Assembly (NCBI GenBank): GCA_965153285.1
Contig: OZ229114.1
Direction: 5' to 3' (one strand)
Length of the DNA stretch: 64,000 nucleotides
DNA from: Podarcis tiliguerta
Lineage: Eukaryota
Made by a program: the position numbers and the translations under genes
Shown here: positions 1-12,765 of the stretch, piece by piece
Layout: each line of letters begins with the position of its first letter
Position numbering within the stretch: position 1 is the first letter of the stretch
Notes under the pieces: model-generated
Told to the model about the DNA's origin: nothing
The model's database searches: none
What the model saw: the letters and a program-made list of their open reading frames with translations, nothing else

Positions 1-89
1 AAAGCCTGCATTCGCTCCATAGGGCGCACATACATTTTCCCTTCATTTTTGGAGGGGGAAAAGTGTGTCCTATAGGGCGAAAAATACGG
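1..89. mobile_element. Right end of pogo/Tigger-type (Tc1-mariner superfamily) MITE
   Basis: Ends ...GGCGAAAAATACGG followed by TA; same TIR type as the elements at 23674 and 53096. Confidence 0.7.
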
Positions 90-2685
90 TAGTTAAAAAT
101 AAATGAAACACTATGGTGGGTCTGATTTTCACTTAAAACTTCTGAATGCCATTATCCTCTTTTGTAAAACAATGTCACCCAAGTTAAAATTTGTGTAGGT
201 CCACTGAGAACCAGATAAAATGATGAGACAAGTCGCATATGGTCTGCAGACCATCAGTTGGTCAACTTTTTGTTTTTTAAAGATTATGCTTGATTTGATA
301 AACATTTGCTTTTCTAACTGAACACCATTGGCAGTATATTGTACAGTATGGCAGTGAGTAATTCACAGAGTAGTGGGGGTTCAAATTTTTTTAAATCTTT
401 TTTTATACCTTTAAGGATTTCAGGTGGGGATAGGACAGAACATTAATAAATGCTTATTTAGTTTAAAACCAGACTTTAATTGTGGGAGTAGCACAAGAGA
501 GTGTGTGGCACAGCATGTAATTAAGAGCCCACCACATTTTACATTCTTGGATATATGTAAACAGCAATTAATCATTCCCAACACCCCTGGTGAGATACAC
601 ATATAGTGTATGCCGTACTATTCCCTAGGGCAGCTCTTTAAAAGTCTGCTATGGTGTGCCAGCTTAAGGTACATTTATAAAAGCATGCTCATAAGGAACC
701 AAATTGTGTCAAAAGGAGAGTTTATGGTGCTTGCAATTTCAGCGATGGCCAAAGGGTGCCTCCCAACACTCGCAGTAAACGTAGGAAGAGGCTGAAGGAA
801 ACCCTCACAGTAAGGAAACTTCAGTGTTTTCAGATGACCTGTTTATTGAGCATTCATAAGAACATAAGAAAAGCCCAGACTGATCAGGCAGAAAGCCCAT
901 GTTGTTCAGCACTCTGTTCTCACGGTGGCCAACCAGATGCCCACACAAAGTCTGCAAGCCTTTCCCCAGCCATTGGTATTCAGCTGTATGCTGCCTCTGA
1001 CAGCGGAGGTAGAACACAGCTGTTATAGGAGCAGCCATTGATGCATAGAGGTAAATACATAATTTTATTTGTACGCTGCCTTTCCATAGCTCAAACCATG
1101 CTCAAGGCAGCTTACAGCAGCAAAGCCAGACACCTTCATCTGTCCCAGCTGCAATAAAGCATCTGTCTCCCATTGTGGCCTCTCCAACCACAGCAGGTGC
1201 TATAACTCCAATGGTTTAACTTTCCACTATCTCTCAAGATGCACAGATGCCAACAACATATTCATACATAATTTTATTTCTTTGTTGTTGCCTTTCCATA
1301 GCTCAAACCATGCTCAAGGCAGCTTACAACATGAAAAAAAATAATTGCATAATTACAAACATAAAGTAATAAACAGTAACTGAAACATTAAAAGTACACA
1401 ACCAATTAAACAATTTCCACATAAATCAGAATAAGATCTAAAATAGAGAGACAAAAATTAATATTGACAACACCCCAAAGCCCTTAAGCAATCCCCCAGC
1501 CCAAGAGTCTGTTCAGCAGCCTTAGCTTTTGCAGCTGGAGTCAGTCCAGGCCCTACCAAGTCTTCTGGACTCACAGCCATTGACAGTATTATCCTTCATA
1601 AATGTTATATACCGTATTTTGTATTCTCACTTTGTGTTTTTATGCTGTGAACTGTACTGTGATCTTTGGGTGAGGGGCGGTATACAAATTTAATAAATTT
1701 AATAAATCAAATAAAGGTAGCTTCATTGTGTATGCTTCTTTAATAGTGATGTGAGGCGTTGCAATTTGAGAGTTTGCACATACTTAGTTAAGCATTTCAA
1801 ATATCATTTCTTCTCCTCTTATATCCTACCATCTTGTGCTTTAAAGAATCATAGAATTGCCTCTCTGTGACTCCATAAAAGAATATATGGATGGAGCCCA
1901 TCTGGAGTGATTGCAACAAAACATACCTTTTTATTGCTAATATAAAAAGAGAAGTGATTTAAGTATTGAGACTTTTCAAGTACTGCACAATAATAATTCT
2001 GTTTACGCTTCAAGACACCTTGATACCAAATTGTTGTTATATTTATTTATAATATAAAGGTGCGTATTTGTTTTAATTACATGAGTCTGCTGTTTTAGTA
2101 GTTTTACGATTGAACCATGGAAGGAAATGACAATTACAATTACACTTGCTATAAATTATATATATAAGATTCCCACCACCACCGGTTTCTAAGAGCCTCT
2201 GCTTCTAAGCACCAGCACTGTTTAAAGCTCTGTTTCCCAAGTGCAACAAATCCACTTTTTAAAAAAGAAATGGAATTTTGCAGTTCAGAAAGAAAAAGAC
2301 ATTCGGAAGTTAGAATGACTGAATGCTTAACAGGAAGATGCGAGAAAATCAGAATGAGTGCTGATTATTGTATAACCTGTGAACAAATTTAATCTAACCT
2401 CTGCATAAGCTTTGTGCAAGCAAATCAGGATGAAAGCTCAATAAATAGGTCATCTGGAGAAGCCCTACAAACAACATTCATTGGAACATTACAGCGTTGG
2501 TGGTTTGGCTTTCTAGTCTGCAGCTTGAGAAAGTGGAGCTCTGTTTAGACCAAATTTGCTATTAATAGAAACAGCAGGCATTTTCAGGTGATGGTGCAGA
2601 ACAGAATTAGGCCTGTAAGCTAGGTTTTAAACTGGTTGACCAAAGAAAACGGTTAAAAAATGTGATCTAGTGAATAAATTGACTA

Positions 2686-2938
2686 GAAGAAGAAGAAGAA
2701 GAGTTTGGATTTGATATCCCGCCTTTCACTCCCCTTCAGGAGTCTCAAAGCGGCTAACATTCTCCTTTCCCTTCCACCCCCACAACAGACACCTTGTGAG
2801 GTGAGTGAGGCTGAGAGACTTCAGAGAAGTGTGACTGGCCTAAGGTCACCCAGCAGCTGCAGGTGGAGGAGCGGAGATGCAAACCCGGTTCCTCAGATTA
2901 CGAGACTACCGCTCTTAACCACTACACCACACTGGCTC
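2686..2938 (-). mobile_element. Squam3-like tRNA-derived CORE SINE
   Basis: Minus-strand head AGAGCCAGTGTGGTGTAGTGGTTAAGAGC with A/B boxes and (TTC)n tail; near-identical copies at 10499 and 39762. Confidence 0.85.
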
Positions 2939-3059
2939 TCTGACTAGCCTTCAAAAAGCATGATTTTGGGGCTTCAGACAGGCAGGAGACAGTAAGGGAA
3001 TAATCTCAAACGTTAAATGTGGTGTTAGTACCAGAGGTGAAGACGTCTGCACTAACAGT

Positions 3060-3650
3060 ATTATGTACTTGTTACATCAGATGACCTTGGTTCAACCTGA
3101 AGGAAGGTCGGTTGCAATGTCAGCAAATCCACAATCGCTGAGTCAAAATATCCCAGTGAAACTGGAAAATACTGACACAATATGCTGAACTTGATGGGAG
3201 TTTAAGGTCCCGTGAGAGGCTTGTTATGTCTCTTGCCTTGCTCTCTCTCCCACAATGCAGTCACAGAAAACTGCTTGCTCAAAATTTGCCTTCGCCTTCA
3301 GCCTCCTTGCATCTCCTGCCACAGGATTTGAAAGTTGTCTCCAGGGGTGGCTGAGCAGAGACATAGACTCCAAAATGTTTGGCATCCCAACCTGCCTGCT
3401 GGTGGAGTCACTCTTTTAAAGTGAAGTTAATCAAATCCACACAGGCTGTTTATGCCAAAAACAGTAAACATGAAATGCAAACCTCCCTTCCCCAAATATA
3501 CTCCCAGAACTGAAGCACGGTTGCAAGAGACTCTTTAAAGAAGACGATGTGCCGCATCAGTGTAGCTTCAAAATCTGAGCAAAATGCAGCCAACCTAAAA
3601 CTACTGATTGACCCAAATCGTATCATCTCTTCCTCAGCTGCTGCTTGGGT
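3060..3650 (-). pseudogene. Decayed RasGEF (CDC25-homology) domain C-terminal remnant
   Basis: With several frameshifts, the minus strand gives motifs in canonical order: HRLL / LKSLLQPC / LGVYL (3493-3507) / LHF / GLINF (3423-3438) ... LQVEPR then stop. Confidence 0.45.
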
Positions 3651-3689
3651 TTATACTAAGAAAAAAATCCCCCTGATACTGATGGTGGT

Positions 3690-4547
3690 AATGGAGGATG
3701 GATGGCTGCTAAGAGATTGAGATCGAATCCTGACAAGACAGAAGTACTGTTTTTTGGGGGGGGGGTGGGCGGGGGGGGACGACTCCCTGTTCCTGAATGG
3801 GGTAACTGTGCCCCTGAAGGACCAGGTATGCAGCCTGAGAGTCATTCTGGACTCACAGCTGTCCATGCAGGTGCAGGTCAATTCTGTATCCAGGGCAGCT
3901 GTCTATCAGGTCCATCTGGCACGCAGGATGAGACCCTACCTGTCAGTAGACTGTCTCGCCAGAGTGGTGCATGCTCTAGTTATCTCTTGCTTGGATTACT
4001 GCAATGCGCTCTACGTGGGGCTACCTTTGATGGTGACCCGGAAACTACAACTAATCCAGAATGCAGCAGCTAGACTGGTGACTGGGAGCGGCTGCCGAGA
4101 CCACATAACACAGTCTTGAAAGACCTACACTGGCTCCCAGTATGTTTCCGAGCACAATTCAAAGTGTTGGTGCTGACCTTTAAAGCCCTAAACGGCCTCG
4201 GTCCAATATACCTAAAGGAGCATCTCCACCCCCATTGTTCTGCCTGGACGCTGAGGTCCAGTGCCGAGGGCCTTCTGGTGGTTCCCTCACTGCGAGAAGC
4301 CAAGTTACAGGGAACAAGGCAGAGGGCCTTCTCGGTAGTGGCACCCTCCCTGTGGAAAGCAAGCCCACCAGATGTCAAAGAGAACAACAACTACCAGACT
4401 TTTAGAAGACATCTGAAGGCAGCCCTGTTTAGGGAAGTTTTTAATGTTTGATGTGTTTTTCTGTTGATATTCTGCTGAGAGCAGCCCAGAGTGGCTGGGG
4501 AAACCCAGCTAAATGGGCAGGGTATAAATAATACATTTATTATTATT
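3690..4547 (+). mobile_element. L2 LINE, 5'-truncated (RT C-terminus and 3' UTR)
   Basis: LDYCNALYVGLP...LQLIQNAAARLV...LHWLPV..RAQFKVL motifs, frameshifted; (TAT)n tail. Confidence 0.9.
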
Positions 4548-4987
4548 CAGGTGTTACTCAGAATAGGCCGATTGAAATGAATAGCTCTTAAGGCTCGTCC
4601 ACACTTCACCTAGAAAGCACAGCTCTGAGCTGTTTGACCTGCCACATTCTCCAAGAAAACCCACTATTTATTGCTGAATTGGAATAAACATCAATCCATG
4701 GAAAACCCATTGATATTTGCTCTGATTCAGCAGAAAAGAGCGTGTTTTCCCAGAGGAAAGTTGCGGGGAAAGTGGGAGTGTGGGCAAGGCCTTAGTTAAG
4801 CTCATTAATTTCAGTGAGTCTACTCTGGGTAAAACTTAGTTGAATCCCACCCTGGTAGCTAGTGTGATTCAAGACATCTCCAGTTCAAATCTCACCTCGT
4901 ATATGAATACAGATGGTTTTTGGTGACCCACGTTTGGTGTGTGTCTCACCCATCCACAACTGAGGGGAAGGCCGCTGCCACATCTTT

Positions 4988-5298
4988 ATGTCAGTATCCA
5001 ATTCCATCCTACTGAATTTGTTTAATTTTTCCTTTAAATTCTGCTGATGTGCCACCTTGTTAGAGCTTTTCAAACCCACTTCAAATTTCTCTTTAGCTGA
5101 AATCCAATACCAGTTTTACTCAGCATATAGTCAGTCTTTGCATTCAGTTATACTGTGGATCTGCGGGTGCACTCTGTTTTTTTGGCAACATAACATTTTT
5201 GTCTTTTGTTTTCTGTATCGCTTAGACACATACAGGACAGGATTAACACATGGTTGAAGATACTGAAGGATATTACATACAAAATATAAAGAGTCCCA
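4988..5298 (-). pseudogene. Truncated tandem duplicate of the GPCR 3' end (TM7, C-tail, part of 3' UTR)
   Basis: Near-identical to 5935-6250; 6-bp in-frame deletion (YVLLSKRY to YVSKRY). Confidence 0.9.
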
Positions 5299-6076
5299 TC
5301 TTATAAAGGCTATTTTAAGGCTTGCATACATGAATCATTGTGAACTATTTACAGTGCAATTCTCGTTGAATTCTTTTTGTAAAGCAAAATATTTGTACTG
5401 GAAGATAAATTAGCAACTGTAATTAGAAATGTATGTATACAAATTAAATGTCATACAGAGGGGTATCAGGATATTAAATAGCCTTTTCTCCCCTTTGCTG
5501 GCTTTTATTTTAAAGTTTTATATTCTTGTCAGTGATTTGACATCATTGCATACAAGAACACCTTAACAAACACGTTTGAAAAAAACTAGAAGAAAAAGTT
5601 GATTCTCTAATCAAATTTTTGTGTTTAAATACAACTCAAATGGCATATACTGACATGAAAACAGACTATTGCTCTGAGTCAAATAAGCAGATCTATTCAT
5701 GGAAACAAGCTTCTTCATGCATCTTATTGGGTATATCCAAATGTGCATCCCTGTCTGGAGTACATTATTTTCAATTGGATGTGCATTTGAACGTACATGC
5801 CATCCACATTCTACAAATGTCTACCTTTGACAATTATTCTTAGTTTTTTCTACATGCTATCCTTATTAAATCAAGCTAATATTCACTAATTAATGTCAAA
5901 TAGGGAACACTTATTGAGCACGTCAGTGTTCAAGATGTCAGTATCCAATTCCATCCTACTGAATTTGTTAAAATTTTGTTTTAAATTCTGCTGATGTGTC
6001 ACCTTATTAGAGCTTTTCAAACCCCTTCAAATTTCTCTTTAGCTGAAATCCTATACCAGTTTTACTCAGCATATAG

Positions 6077-6985
6077 TCAGTCTTTGCATTCAGTTATACT
6101 GTGGATCTGCGGGTGCACTCTGTTTTTTTGGCAACATAACATTTTTGTCTTTTGTTTTCTGTATCGCTTGGATAACAACACATACAGGACAGGATTAACA
6201 CATGGTTGAAGATACTGAAGGATATTACATACAAAATATAAAGAGTCCCAGATATAGCTATGATGATAGATCCTTAAATAGATGCATAATTCTAAAATAT
6301 ATACAGGAAGCCAGCAGACTGAGAAGGTTGCAGTGGCAAGAAAAATCATTACAGAGGCTTTCCGTGTGTTTCTAGAACTCACCACAGACATCATAGGACT
6401 TTTATAAAGGAAAATGATAAGTCGGACATAGTTGGACACAATCACCAAGACTGGGATGAGATAATATAGGATGAACTGGCTAAGGACCACTTGGTACTGC
6501 TGCTGGTATATGGTAGGTACGCAGAAGGATATATTTGTAGAAAGTCTTGTTTCCATTGTAGCGTGGATCCTTAGTGGCAAACTGACAACAAAGCTCAGGA
6601 CCCAAACCGAGACGAGAATGAAGATCATTGTTGTGGTCTTTGGAGTTCTGTAAGGTCTCAAGATGATTCTTGCTCTAGCAATGGAGACAGCACAGAGGGA
6701 ATAGATGCTAGCAGCCAAGGAGAAAGCTGAACAGAACTGGAAAAACCTGCAAAATGCATCTCCCCAAAGCCATGTGTAGTAGAGGACTGAAGCCAACACA
6801 AAGGGCATCAGGAGAAGTGTAAGTAAGTCTGCGATAAGCATGCTCAGGAGAAGAACATCCAGCTGATTTTTCTTCAGGGAACTGTATTTTATGGAGATAA
6901 TGAGAGCCAAAATATTTGCACCAAATCCAGCAACTAAGATAAGTCCAAAGACACAGGAAAATATTACAACATAGTTGATATACAT
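6077..6985 (-). CDS. Class A (rhodopsin-like) peptide-type GPCR, galanin/allatostatin-receptor-like, 302 aa, single coding exon
   Basis: Seven hydrophobic segments; GAN (TM1), LIADL (TM2), WLWGDAFC (ECL1/TM3), SLP (TM4), YLIP (TM5), FSVCWLP (TM6), NPVLY (TM7); uninterrupted frame. Confidence 0.9.
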   Translation of the reverse strand: MYINYVVIFSCVFGLILVAGFGANILALIISIKYSSLKKNQLDVLLLSMLIADLLTLLLMPFVLASVLYYTWLWGDAFCRFFQFCSAFSLAASIYSLCAVSIARARIILRPYRTPKTTTMIFILVSVWVLSFVVSLPLRIHATMETRLSTNISFCVPTIYQQQYQVVLSQFILYYLIPVLVIVSNYVRLIIFLYKSPMMSVVSSRNTRKASVMIFLATATFSVCWLPVYILELCIYLRIYHHSYIWDSLYFVCNILQYLQPCVNPVLYVLLSKRYRKQKTKMLCCQKNRVHPQIHSITECKD

Positions 6986-8459
6986 TTTCCATGTCAGTTT
7001 GTAAATTTTCTTTGAGGAAACAAGATTTAAATGCTAGATTCTCTCCCAGAAAATTAAAGACAAGAAAACATATTCCTTAAAGACTCTTGCTTGCTTCCAC
7101 CTTTTCTCTGTTTCCACAAGTTCTGTACATCACTATAATAAAAATGTCAGTGCCTAAATAAACATAAATTAGCAATACAAAATTGCAGGAACTCAGTTTC
7201 TCCCCATCAGGACTCAGCTCTGAGTAAACAGATTTCAGTTCTTTTGCCTTTCACTCAGAAAATTAATGCCTGAACAAATAAAGAAATGGGCAAAGTCTGG
7301 TTTCTAGCTAAAAAGTCATCTCTAGTGTAAGAATGATACATGTATTCGATACCGAGCATCATGCATGGATGCTTTGCTCAACTAACAGGCCATAATAGCT
7401 TTTTAAAAACAGTCGTTTCCTGGAAAGTGTATTTAGGACACTGTGCTGTTACCACTGGGCTTTATTGGCTGTAGGGTGAGACTATTGACTGCACAAACAG
7501 AGGCAGGAAAGCCTTGATAAGGAATAACTCCCCTCACAGCAATCTTCTAGAACAGTGGTTTTCAAACTAGCATAATGCTGTTTCATAAATCTAAGGCTGG
7601 AGAACTGCGTTCGGTTCTGGCTGCCTCATCTAAAAAAAAATTGTTGTGGAGGTGGAAAAGGATCAGAAAAAGGCAACCAAAATGATCAAGGAGAGTGCTG
7701 TTCATCTCAGAGCCAGGCTTCTGGTTGGTCACTGTGAGAACAGGATGTTGGACTAGATGGCCACTTACCTCTTCCAGCAGACTCTTCTTGCACTTCTTTT
7801 GCCCTTGACACGGTGATTTGATGCTGGAGAACCACCTGGGACATCTCACATGGAACTCATGTGCATTGCAGAGGGTTGCACTTCAGATTGCAACATATTT
7901 TCTCTTCAAGGGGAGCACACACTCTAGGCAGGCACCTGCTGGTGGCACTCCCTCTGAGGGCAGCCTGGGGAAGGTTCCCAAGTGGAGTGGAATGAGGACG
8001 GGATCAGCCAAGGATCTGCAAACAAAGAGGGGCCTGATCTGGATCTAAGAAGAATACCAGCCCCACCTTCTGCCAGGGCAGTGTGAATTGCAGGGCTTTG
8101 AATGAAGAGGTGGTTCTGCTCCTCTTAAGTCCCACCTGCTCCCAAGCCTGAAGCTAGTATTGTTCCATATTAGCAATAACGTTTAGCCTTGGGGATGTAG
8201 CTGCCCACTTCTGCCAAACTATAGCTGCCAAACTACCATGTATAGCTTGAATATGGGAATATGGTGTAATAAATATTTAAATAGGAGTGGAAAATGTTTA
8301 AAGCCTCAAGTGGAAGCCATCTGTGGTCTTCCAAAAACACCAACATCTATTTACTATACTGTAACTAACTGCAAGCCTTTACAACTATAAAATATTTTTT
8401 AACACTTCAAAAATGACAGCTAAGTATCTGCATGTTTGTTCTCACAGGCCAAACCTATT

Positions 8460-8461
8460 AA

Positions 8462-8500
<39 letters not shown>

Positions 8501-9775
8501 TTATTTGTACCCCGCCCATCTGGCTGGGTTTCCCCAGCCACTCTGGGCGGCTTCCAACAAAGATGAAAAATACACTAAAGTGTCACATATTAAAAACTTC
8601 CCTGAACAGGGCTGCCTTCAGATGTCTTCTGAATGTCAGGTAGTTGTTTATCACTTTGACATCTGATGGGAGGGCAGTCCACAGGGCGGGCGCCACTACT
8701 GAGAAGGCCCTCTGCCTGGTTCCCTGTAACTTGGCCTCTCGCAGTGAGGGAACCACCAGAAGGCCCTCGGAGCTGGACCTCAGTGTCCGGGCAGAACGAT
8801 GGGGGTGGAGACGCTCCTTCAGATATACTGGACCGAGGTCAGCACCAACACTTTGAATTGTGCTCGGAAATGTACTGGGAGCCAATGTAGGTCTTTCAAG
8901 ACCGGTGTTATATGGCCTCGGTGGCCGCCCCCAATCACTAGTCTAGCTGCCGCATTCTGGATTAGTTGTAGTTTCCGGGTCACCTTCAAAGGTAGCCCCA
9001 CGTAGAACGCATTGCAGTAGTCCAAGCGGGAGATAACCAGAGCATGCACCACTCTGGCGAGACAGTCTGCAGGCAGATAGGGTCTCAGCCTACGTACCAG
9101 ATGGAGCTGGTAAACAGCTGCCCTAGATACAGATTTGACTTGTGCCTCCATGGACAGCTGTGAGTCCAAAATGACTCCCAGGCTGCGCACTTGGTCCTTC
9201 AGGGGCACAGTTACCCCATTCAGGACCAGGGAATCCTCCACACCTGCCTGCCTCCTGTCCCCCAAAAACAGTACTTCTGTGTTGTCAGGATTCAACCTCA
9301 ATCTTTTAGCCACCATCCATCCTCCAACCGCCTCCAGACACTCACACAGGACCTTCACCGCCTTCACTGGTTCTGATTTAAAAGAGAGGTAGAGCTGGGT
9401 ATCATCCACATACTGATGAACACCCAGCCCAAACCCCGTGATGATCTCTCCCAGCGGCTTCATATAGATATTAAAAAGCATGGGGGAGAGGACAGAACCC
9501 TGAGGCACCCCACAAGTGAGAGCCCAGGGGTCTGAACACTCACCCCCCCCACTTTCTGAACACGGCCCAGGAGGAAGGAGCGGAACCACTGTATGACAGT
9601 GCCCCCAGCTCCCAGCCCCTCAAGATGGTCCAGAAGGATGTTATGGTTGACGGTATCAAACGCCGCTGAGAGATCCAGCAGAACTAGGAAACAGCTCTCA
9701 CCTTTGTCGCTAGCCTGCCGGAGATCATCAACCAGTGCGACCAAGGCAGTTTCAGTCCTGTGATGAGGCCTGAAT
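8460..9775 (-). mobile_element. L2 LINE 3' fragment
   Basis: RT motifs LLDLSAAFDTV, GVPQGSVLSP, YVDDTQLY; (AAT)n tail at 8462-8500. Confidence 0.92.
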
Positions 9776-10498
9776 CAACAAATATGCACCGCGTTGCGCT
9801 TGCTGCACAGCATTGAGGTGACTTTTTTTTTAATGCTAATTAATACCCCAAATCTCTGGCATTGAAATTTTTCTGCCTTCAATATGATTCTCTTGGCTTT
9901 TTGAGGCAGTGATGTCACTCACCCCACATTTCTAGGTTTATTCCTGGTTGGAGTTTGTCTCCCTGACTAGGAAAGTATGCAACAGGAGGACCTGTGGTTA
10001 CATTTATTTAATAAATGGTGAAAGTTTTAGTCTGGCTTTCTATGTTTCCCCACTGGCGTCTATAATTAAATTTTTAAAATTTGATTCTGACCAAAGGTTT
10101 CTGCAAATGGTGGCCAAACCGGCTATAAAAGAAGTTTAAAGTCATTTATTAAGCATTGGTGGTCATCATTTTGGCTAAAGTATGAAGTCTTTCCACCAGA
10201 CCTGCAGCATAGTTTAAATAAAACCTCCTGGTTTTACCAAGAAGCAAGCAGGTTGCAGGAAGTGGGTGCTGTAAAGCAGATATTTTAGAAGGATTCTCAT
10301 CAGAGGAGGAAAGTGCACTCCTTAATCTTTAAGACTGGTGGACTGGGACAGTTCAGGCTTAAGAGGGCTTTGAAGGGGAACACTGAGAACTGCAGCAGCA
10401 TTATATGTAAGATTAAGGTGAGGTGAGAATTGGAAAATTTCCAACAGATAACATTGACCATTATTCGCTTTAAAAAATATATGGTGGCAGTACACATT

Positions 10499-10765
10499 GA
10501 AGAAGAAGAAGAGGAGGAGGAGGAATTGTTGTTTGGACTTGATATCCCGCCTTTCACTCCCCTTAAGGAGTCTCCAAGCAACTAACAATCTCCTTTCCCT
10601 TCCTCCCCCACAACAAACACTCTGTGAGGTGAGTGGGGCTGAGAGACTTCAGAGAAGCATGACTAGCCCAAGGTCACCCAGCAGCTGCATGTGGAAGAGC
10701 AGAGACGCGAACCCGGTTCACCAGATTACAAGTCCACCAATCTTAACCACTACACCATGCTGGCT
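10499..10765 (-). mobile_element. Squam3-like SINE
   Basis: Homologous to 2686-2938. Confidence 0.85.
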
Positions 10766-10968
10766 CCATTGGAAACCCATGTCAGCCGGTAGCAACTGTG
10801 AGAGCAGTAGAAGATCCAGTGGATTCTGGGCCAGTTCAGCCCTCTTAGACCTCTTTTCCAGCCTGTCCATTGGGCTTGATCCAGCAGGGATCCCTCCAGC
10901 AGACCTTCCTCTCACCCACACACTGGGCAGGCAGAAGTAGGAGGTCTGTGCTGGCAGAGTGCCACAAG

Positions 10969-11103
10969 CAGGGCTTTTTTTCAGCCGGAACTCACCAGAA
11001 CTCAGTTCCAGCATCTCTCAGCTCTTATAATGGCCATTATAAGAGAATAAGGGAGACATTCATGGTGAGTTCTGGCACCTCTTTTTCTAGAAAAATAGCA
11101 CTG
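10969..11103. mobile_element. hAT MITE
   Basis: CAGGGCTTTTT...AAAAATAGCACTG termini; perfect 8-bp TSD GCCACAAG. Confidence 0.85.
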
Positions 11104-11126
11104 GCCACAAGTGCCACTGTGTAGAT

Positions 11127-11981
11127 CAGGGGTAGGCAACCTAAGGCCCGGGGGCCGGATCTGGCCCAATCGCCCTCTAAATCCGGCCCGTGGTCAGTCC
11201 AGGAATCAGCATGTTTTTACATGAGTAGAATGTGTCCTTTTATTTAAAATAGGGTTACGAGATGCCCCCGTTTCCCGGGGACAGTCCCAGGATTTGCGAA
11301 TAAGTCCCCGGACAAATTTCATCCCCAGAATGTCCCTGGATGTCATCTAATGTCCCTAGGAAATACAGAATTAGCAGTCACAGCAGCCCGGAGCAGTTGG
11401 CTCTGGCTGGCTTCAGGAGCTGCTTGGAAGTCCCCATATGATGGTGGTGCAGGGGCTCTCAGCTGCAGCTTCTGGGCTGCCTCCACCTTCCCTGACCCCA
11501 GCAACTAAGCTGTGAAGGGAGGTTTCATGCTGCCTATCGGAGCAGCCTCCCAACTCCTACTTGCGTGCAAGCAGGAGCGGGGCAGGGATCTCTCAGCTGT
11601 GAAAGGAGGCTTCATGCTGCCTATCAGAGCTTGCATGCAAGCAGGAGGGGACAGGGATCTCTCAGTTAGGCAACAGGAAGCCTCCCTTCCCAAATGCCCA
11701 GGCTCATGGAGAAAAGAGATAGGAACCTCGGAGGTAGGGGAAACGTGGTGGTTGAGGTCATGGTGGTGGCCGGCCTTCTGCCACCGCCATCGCTGCAGTA
11801 TCAACATCTCGAATGTGTATTTCTTTATTTATTTATCTGGTAACCTTAAATGCATCTCTGGGTTATTTGTGGAGCATAGGAATTCGTTCATTCCCCCCCC
11901 CCCAATAAATATAGTCCAGCCCACCACATGGTCTGAGGGACGGTGGACCAGCCCATGGCTGAAAAAGGTTGCTGACCCTTG
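11127..11981. mobile_element. hAT (Charlie-like) MITE containing a nested TAGGGTTAC...GTAACCTTA element (11250-11848)
   Basis: CAGGGGTAGGCAACCT / AGGTTGCTGACCCTTG termini; 8-bp TSD GTGTAGAT. Confidence 0.85.
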
Positions 11982-12765
11982 GTGTAGATAGTGACTGACA
12001 GGATGGGAGTCAGTACCTAGAGCAGGGTGTACCTAGAGGTTGGCCACGTTGGCCTCTGCCGAGAATGCAGGCCAAGGAGAGATGCCTCTGCTCTGCCTAC
12101 CTGGCATAATGAGGTTCGAATTGCAGCCTGAAGCAGTGGCATACCATGGGTTGCCAGTGCCTGGGGCAATGCGGGGGGTTGAAGGGAAATAGACGGAGTA
12201 TTCATGCACATTCAACTACCTAACAGCATCCATGTCACCCAGGAGATCAAAGCTGCAGAGATATGAAAAGAAGAGTCCTTCCATTTTCTGGAGAGGTCAC
12301 TTCCCAGTTTGTATGGAGAAGCCGTTTTCAGGGAAGCCAAGCCACAGAAGTGCACAACTATTGAGACAGCACCGGGTGTTGAAAATTTGCATCCCTATCA
12401 GTTTTGTGCCCGGCGCAATTGCCTCTGTGGCCTTTCCCACGCTGTGCCACTGGTTTTATCCAGCTAAGTTCTATTCAGAGTAAACCCACTGAAATAGTTG
12501 GTCCTACGTGTTTGTTTTGGCTTTGCTCTAATCAGTGAACACAGCACCATTGCAAAGAATAAGAGGAAGCTGCAATAATTCAAGCTAAGTATTCCCCCAA
12601 GAGAGAGGGGCTCAAGCTGAGCCTCAGTGATTCCCCATAATATCTGTTATGCAGGAGAACTTCCCTGTCATAACCAATGTGCATAATAAATCATGTAAGT
12701 GCACACCTAGCTGATCCCCAGAACCTCTGGTATGTGTAATACAAGTAGACACCCTATTTAGCATT

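Noticed and set aside
1055-1330. ~60-bp direct repeat
   Set aside because: Looks like a duplicated 3' end of an old LINE/SINE; no further signal
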